Shown here: positions 59,937 through 64,000 of the stretch, piece by piece
How positions within the stretch are numbered: position 1 is the first letter of the stretch
Layout of the letters: the number at the start of each line of letters is the position of its first letter
Assembly: GCA_964658305.1 (NCBI GenBank)
Contig: OZ210885.1
Location: forward strand, 25,482,001-25,546,000
Length of the DNA stretch: 64,000 nucleotides
From: Leptogorgia sarmentosa
Taxonomy: Eukaryota
Reading direction: 5' to 3'
The notes under the pieces: model-generated
Told to the model about the DNA's origin: nothing
The model's input: only the letters and a program-made list of their open reading frames with translations
The model's database searches: none
Position numbers and translations under genes: made by a program

Positions 59937-62900
59937 GGGTCATTCCACGCCAAATCGACCAAACTTCCCGCACAAGCATTACAGATTTAGCTGATTTTCA
60001 GTACACTTTCAGATTACAATACAATTAGAATTTGTGTGAATTTTCACTAGATGACATGAAGTATTTTAGGAAATATACTCAAGACATTGTGTGAGTGTTA
60101 GCGGCGGAAGTTGCCATTTTAACTGATTTTTAAATTTTGGCATAATTCACACTTCAATGTCTCGTTCATCGCTCCACATATTGACACGAAAATTTGGACA
60201 GTAATAAACTTCATACTGCACTTTTAAACCATTGCATTGATTAATGTTTACGATGAAGGATGTTGTGAATAACGGGGAATAAACTTCATGACAAAATGGA
60301 AAATCTGCAAATTTGCCATTCTATTGAACTATAATATGTTGGTAGACATCTCCCTAGGTACATTCATGTTGTCAAATTATAAAAACAATCCTTAAGAGAA
60401 TCCCTGTAAGCAATAATAGCTCCGATATAATAAGTAAAATCCATGTAATATCGACTTGAAATGTGACAATATTCAGAAGTGTGCTGTTTTCGATGAAGGA
60501 AATACGCATGTGGGACAAATCAGGCAAACTCAAAATTTAACTATGTTAAAGTAGATGTTTTACTAAACCTGTGGTAAAAATTTTATCGTTGTCCTATGAG
60601 TAGTTCGATATTCACAAGCGATCCAAAAATTGGTGTTTTCACTAATTTATACAAAATTAATCAAATGTAAACAAACGAATTACTACAAATTAATAATTAA
60701 TTGTACCGATTTTTTCACTAACATGACATTTACATCAATTTCACCACAAGTGCAACAAATAGCCAATAATCATATTTCGCTAAATCTGTGACAGAAATTT
60801 TGCTATTGTCCTGTTAGTAGTTCGATATTAACAAGCGATCTAAAGTTAGTGTTTTTCACTAATTGACTCAAATGTAAACAAACAAATTATGAATTGCATT
60901 ATAGCGAAGTATTTAGACAAAATCGCGGTGATTGTTATCTAGTCCTTTTTTTAGTACTAAAAATCACAAATGGAAGAAGTCGTTCATATTAAACATTCAT
61001 TTCGAGTTTTCCTTAATCTACCGTATACGTTTTTTCGCCTGATGAATAATATTAACTAATTAACATAACTCTTTGTACGTCCTTGATAATTATGCACATG
61101 TCAATCATCCCAAATTGACTTCCATCAGAATGTGAATAGTTCATAATCATTGTAATATTATAAAGTTGTTTTAATTACAAAGATCGATAAGTTATTAGCT
61201 TAATACCAAAGAAAATTGCGCACCGCTAAATTACCTGAAAGCGTTATTATATAATTTGTTTCATTTGAAAAACGTGTTGAATTATATGCATATTTGACAT
61301 CATCAAATGTTATTTAGTTCTCAAGATATTTTTATTGAAATCATCATGTTTATTTCATGTCGCTAAACCTGCCTGTCACTAAAATCACAGCCAATAATGA
61401 GAACGAATCAACGAAAGTGAATCCAAGATGGTGGACTTGGATTGATATACAATTTTTCAGGGTTGTTGTTAAATAATGCCAATATTTCACAGCCTATATT
61501 CACAGTTAGTACTGCCACAGTCAGTACTTTCAGCTAGAGGATGTGTCGTCGTGGAAATAATTCAACAGGAATACCAATGTAAAAATTTTTTAAAGCTGTC
61601 CTCGATCATTTCAATTGTTGAACTGTCAAGTTTGTACTGTTTTATTCGACCCTTTGTAATCTGCAGTGGGACTTCAACGGTTGATATCACATGCTGGAAA
61701 GGAATCCAGCATTCATCTCGTGTTAATGGCCATACGAAGGAGTGGATTGTAGTACCAGGATTACGAGTTCTCATGAAGTTTATCAAGACGTCTTCATTCT
61801 CGAGCGACACATTTTCCACGACGCCCAAGTACCAGGCTTTGTCGTAAGCTGCTGCTACATACTGACCAGGTGTGAAAGATTGACACAAAGATTCTTGTGC
61901 ACGTAACGAACTTGTTGCTTTAACGGATGTTCCATCCACATCTGCTGAAATTCGCCGGATTTTTAGCGAATCAGAACTGATTGGAACAAAACTGTGGTGA
62001 CTTCTTGTTCCTGCAATAGTTTTGGCTTCATGCAGACGTGGCTCTAACCACACTTCAAATTTCTCAATTTCCTCAGTGCTGACGAAAAACATCTCGATTC
62101 CTGAAATGTTAGCTTTTGCCCACGAAAAGAGTTGTTTAGCATTAAGAATGTAATTTCCTGTCGTAGCTTGCAGGCTGGCTCTGGCGACTAGACGCTTAAT
62201 GGTTCCACCGATACCATCGCATGGACTTTTTCTGTGACTTGTTGCAAAAAAATGCCATTCTGCCTTCACCCCAAAATCCTTCTCATGGTAACAGAGATTT
62301 AAAAAGTTCTTACAGTTCTTGTATTGGCTGGCGGCTCCATCACCGAAGTATCTCACCAACGAAAGACCTGGAACTAATTTTTTGAGATGAGCAATGATAA
62401 CGCTGACAAAGGCATAAACAGTAGTGGCATCATGTTTCAAACAATTGCTGATTACACAGAAACTGAACGTACGGAGGTTGCCATCTTCTTCGCGATAATA
62501 GGCGACGATTGGATGCAGCGTAGCTTGACTGTTATCCCAGTAGTAACCTTGAACAGCGTCCTGAACAATAAATGAGTAGTTTTCTGCGAAATCAAGCAAA
62601 ACAACTGCAGTACCTTGAGATAAAGACTCTTTTTGCTCTGAAAGGTAAGCTGCTTGTGCTTTCGCAATGAAGCTATGGCTGGTTAGAGAGTTGATTTGTT
62701 GAATAATCTCTTCCAAAACGTCACACGCAAGTTCCTGTCTTGTGATAAGTCGTGTGCCATCAGTATGCGTCCATTGCCTGAAAGTTAGTTGATCATCATC
62801 CTCGATTGAACGTTCTAAAAAAACCGTCTGGAGGTATTCTCTTAGACTGGCAGAACCTGGACATTTCTCACAGCAATGAAGCATGCAGTTTCTTTCACTG

Positions 62901-64000
62901 ATATTGCAGACAAGATTCTCCATTAAGAATTTATGATGAAGTTTTGGACCAGGCACAGAATCCAGCAGTAACTTGATATTTTGATGGTATTCGCAGACGC
63001 ATACCGAATGCGTACCTTTCGCCCCAACGGTAATACACCAACGCGGCCGAAGTTCACAAAACTTGGAATATCCAACGTGTTCACCACTTGATTTTGCTTT
63101 ATAGTGCAAATACAGTTCACGCAAATTAGCAAGCAAGAGCCGCTTTTGAACATGGATTCGCTTTCCCTCTGAATTTTTTACGGAGACGAAGTCTTTTTTT
63201 CCTGGACACATACACGTTACTTCATCGTCGTTGTAAAAATCAATTACCTTCGCCTTGCTTTCTTCCGACAATTTTCTTGCTTTTACTGGGCTTACATCGG
63301 GTAAAATCCCTTTAGCTTTTTTCAGTTTCCGTTCTTTGTTCACCATGTACTTAGATACCCCAAATTCGTTTGCAGTTTTTTCTATTCTCCAAGAAGGTGG
63401 TGCAAGAGTGATAAGTTTTAGTGTGGTTTCCATGTTTGAGGTAGAGCACTTCTCTTTGATCCCTTCTATGATTGCGTCAAGGTCTGTGCACTTTTGGCAG
63501 GTTTGAAGTTCATTGACGTCAACATTTAAACGACGAGCAACTTCGTCTGAGATGGCCGTCTGCACTTCTTGAGCCTTTCGCTTGGCATACACGGCTCTGT
63601 CTTTCTGTGTGAATTTAGTCTTAACTGGAGTGACACCGAGGGAGGTAAATGTGGCGGCAAGATTCTGTAACCTTTCTTCGTCTTCTGGATCATACTCTAC
63701 GTCTTCTGGTTTATACTCTTCGTCGTCTTCAATACAACTGTCATTGATGCTTCCAAGATGAGATGAACATTTTGGGCACAGCTTCTGACCAGGTTTAATA
63801 TCTTTCATGACCAGTTTGTTGATTTTTTTGGCTTTTGCAATATCTATGTTGCGTAAAGACTTTTTCCTTACCGTTGTTGGATGGATTTCGAAGGGATCAC
63901 AACAAGCTTTTTGCAAAAATTCATACTTCCGTAAATAAATCATTTCATGATGAAAACAGATATCGCCGTCATTTTCTGCCTTTAAACCGCTCCTTCGTAA
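59937..64000 (-). mobile_element. Sola-type (probably Sola2) DNA transposon, runs off the window
   Basis: Terminus GGGTCATTCCACGCCAAATCGACC sits at the point where gag breaks. An internal ~90-bp direct repeat occurs near 60590 and 60806. Confidence 0.75.
61562..63943 (-). CDS. Sola-type DDD transposase, at least 793 aa uninterrupted, with C-terminal Tudor-like domain
   Basis: LLDFAENYSF.VQD.VQGYYW, FGDGAASQYKN, FFATSHRKSPCDGIGG and CVCEYH. C-terminal GQYVAAAYDKAWYLGVV..FVWP..DECW. The true start may lie beyond 64000. Confidence 0.85.
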   Translation of the reverse strand: MIYLRKYEFLQKACCDPFEIHPTTVRKKSLRNIDIAKAKKINKLVMKDIKPGQKLCPKCSSHLGSINDSCIEDDEEYKPEDVEYDPEDEERLQNLAATFTSLGVTPVKTKFTQKDRAVYAKRKAQEVQTAISDEVARRLNVDVNELQTCQKCTDLDAIIEGIKEKCSTSNMETTLKLITLAPPSWRIEKTANEFGVSKYMVNKERKLKKAKGILPDVSPVKARKLSEESKAKVIDFYNDDEVTCMCPGKKDFVSVKNSEGKRIHVQKRLLLANLRELYLHYKAKSSGEHVGYSKFCELRPRWCITVGAKGTHSVCVCEYHQNIKLLLDSVPGPKLHHKFLMENLVCNISERNCMLHCCEKCPGSASLREYLQTVFLERSIEDDDQLTFRQWTHTDGTRLITRQELACDVLEEIIQQINSLTSHSFIAKAQAAYLSEQKESLSQGTAVVLLDFAENYSFIVQDAVQGYYWDNSQATLHPIVAYYREEDGNLRTFSFCVISNCLKHDATTVYAFVSVIIAHLKKLVPGLSLVRYFGDGAASQYKNCKNFLNLCYHEKDFGVKAEWHFFATSHRKSPCDGIGGTIKRLVARASLQATTGNYILNAKQLFSWAKANISGIEMFFVSTEEIEKFEVWLEPRLHEAKTIAGTRSHHSFVPISSDSLKIRRISADVDGTSVKATSSLRAQESLCQSFTPGQYVAAAYDKAWYLGVVENVSLENEDVLINFMRTRNPGTTIHSFVWPLTRDECWIPFQHVISTVEVPLQITKGRIKQYKLDSSTIEMIEDSFKKFLHWYSC

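Overview
Eukaryotic (metazoan, AT-rich, short GT-AG introns; an aquatic invertebrate such as a cnidarian is my inference from the element repertoire) region made almost entirely of nested transposable elements, with no convincing intact host gene. Four nests can be reconstructed from termini and target-site duplications (TSDs). (1) A decayed THAP-Kolobok is followed by a Harbinger whose 5' end is split by a 14.2 kb CCCAG-type CACTA/EnSpm shell. The shell carries a 112-bp satellite with a 336-bp higher-order repeat, a foldback Tc1, and a Kolobok with both ends intact (TTAA TSD; transposase plus P2X7-tail-like KolX). (2) A mariner derivative is split by a Mag-like Gypsy element with ~75-bp LTRs, which is split by an Academ element, which is split by two MITEs. 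(3) A protein kinase gene is split by an L2/CR1 LINE, which is split by a second Harbinger. (4) A BEL/Pao LTR element is split by a young Sola-type transposon. The most interesting object is a decayed gene at 44506-47831 with all RAG1/Transib-type catalytic and Zn-binding motifs plus a SAP-like insert, lying between a MULE/SWIM remnant and the kinase, possibly as one multi-gene element. Family names come from recognising motifs by eye; no database searches were run.
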